Of a DNA stretch of 64,000 nt, positions 63,951 through 64,000 are shown piece by piece. The notes below the pieces were generated by a model, which ran no database searches, had not been told where the DNA came from, and saw only the letters and a list, made by a program, of their open reading frames with translations. This DNA is from Bugula neritina (taxonomy: Eukaryota; Animalia; Bryozoa). The stretch spans positions 620,001 to 684,000 of the forward strand of contig CAXIUT010000183.1 in the NCBI GenBank assembly GCA_964035545.1, in the 5' to 3' direction. The position numbers and the translations under genes are program-made. The number at the start of each line of letters is the position of its first letter. Position 1 is the first letter of the stretch.

Positions 63951-64000
63951 ATATTCTGTAACATACTGAGATATGCTGTAGCACACTGAAATACACTACA

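Larger units (their letters stand above)
1..64000. repeat. Tandem satellite DNA array with a 10-bp base unit (YAYACTGHAA) organised as a 20-bp dimer CATACTGAAA-TAYACTGYAA; runs off both window ends
   Basis: Every line is built from decamers such as catactgaaa, tatactgcaa, tacactgtaa, cacattgaaa. No non-repeat interruption and no orientation switch was seen. Confidence 0.99.

Noticed and set aside
215-63986. Hundreds of minus-strand ORFs (63-390 aa), Cys-rich and hydrophobic
   Set aside because: They overlap in all three frames with the same repeating peptide, contain no recognisable domain, and mostly start at non-ATG codons. The underlying period (10/20 bp) is not a multiple of 3. They are translation artefacts of the satellite.
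1-64000. CRISPR or other repeat-spacer array
   Set aside because: There are no unique spacers between constant repeats, since everything derives from the same decamer. No cas genes or leader are present.
1-64000. Telomeric repeat tract
   Set aside because: The units are heterogeneous with kb-scale higher-order duplication and lack G-runs, which does not fit telomerase-templated synthesis. A subtelomeric location cannot be excluded.
1-64000. CENP-B box or assignment to a known satellite (alpha satellite, mouse major/minor, Drosophila simple satellites)
   Set aside because: I saw no TTCG-N4-A-N2-CGGG motif and no match to those consensus sequences. Family and species assignment needs a database search.
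1-64000. Transposon insertions, inversions or long inverted repeats
   Set aside because: No foreign sequence or strand switch was seen; only short palindromes such as TGCA, ATTGCAAT and ATATAT occur.

Overview
All 64 kb is one uninterrupted, single-orientation, AT-rich (~70% AT, A-rich + strand) tandem satellite array, most likely eukaryotic (peri)centromeric or heterochromatic DNA. I find no genes, RNA genes, transposons, CRISPR array or unique sequence. The array is hierarchical: a 10-bp unit (YAYACTGHAA) forms an alternating 20-mer (CATACTGAAA-TAYACTGYAA), which builds a 250-bp monomer of 25 decamers with fixed landmark variants. Deleted or chimeric derivatives of that monomer are then amplified in kb-scale blocks at offsets of 1010, 1070, 2372, 2851, 4518, 7012, 8485, 10857 and 14209 bp. 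The 14,209-bp tandem pair is almost identical (4 substitutions seen by eye). The 10-bp register changes only at A-tracts. All ORFs in the track are artefacts of the repeat. I cannot identify the species or satellite family from sequence alone. The interesting system here is the satellite architecture and its readable duplication history, not a protein-coding locus.
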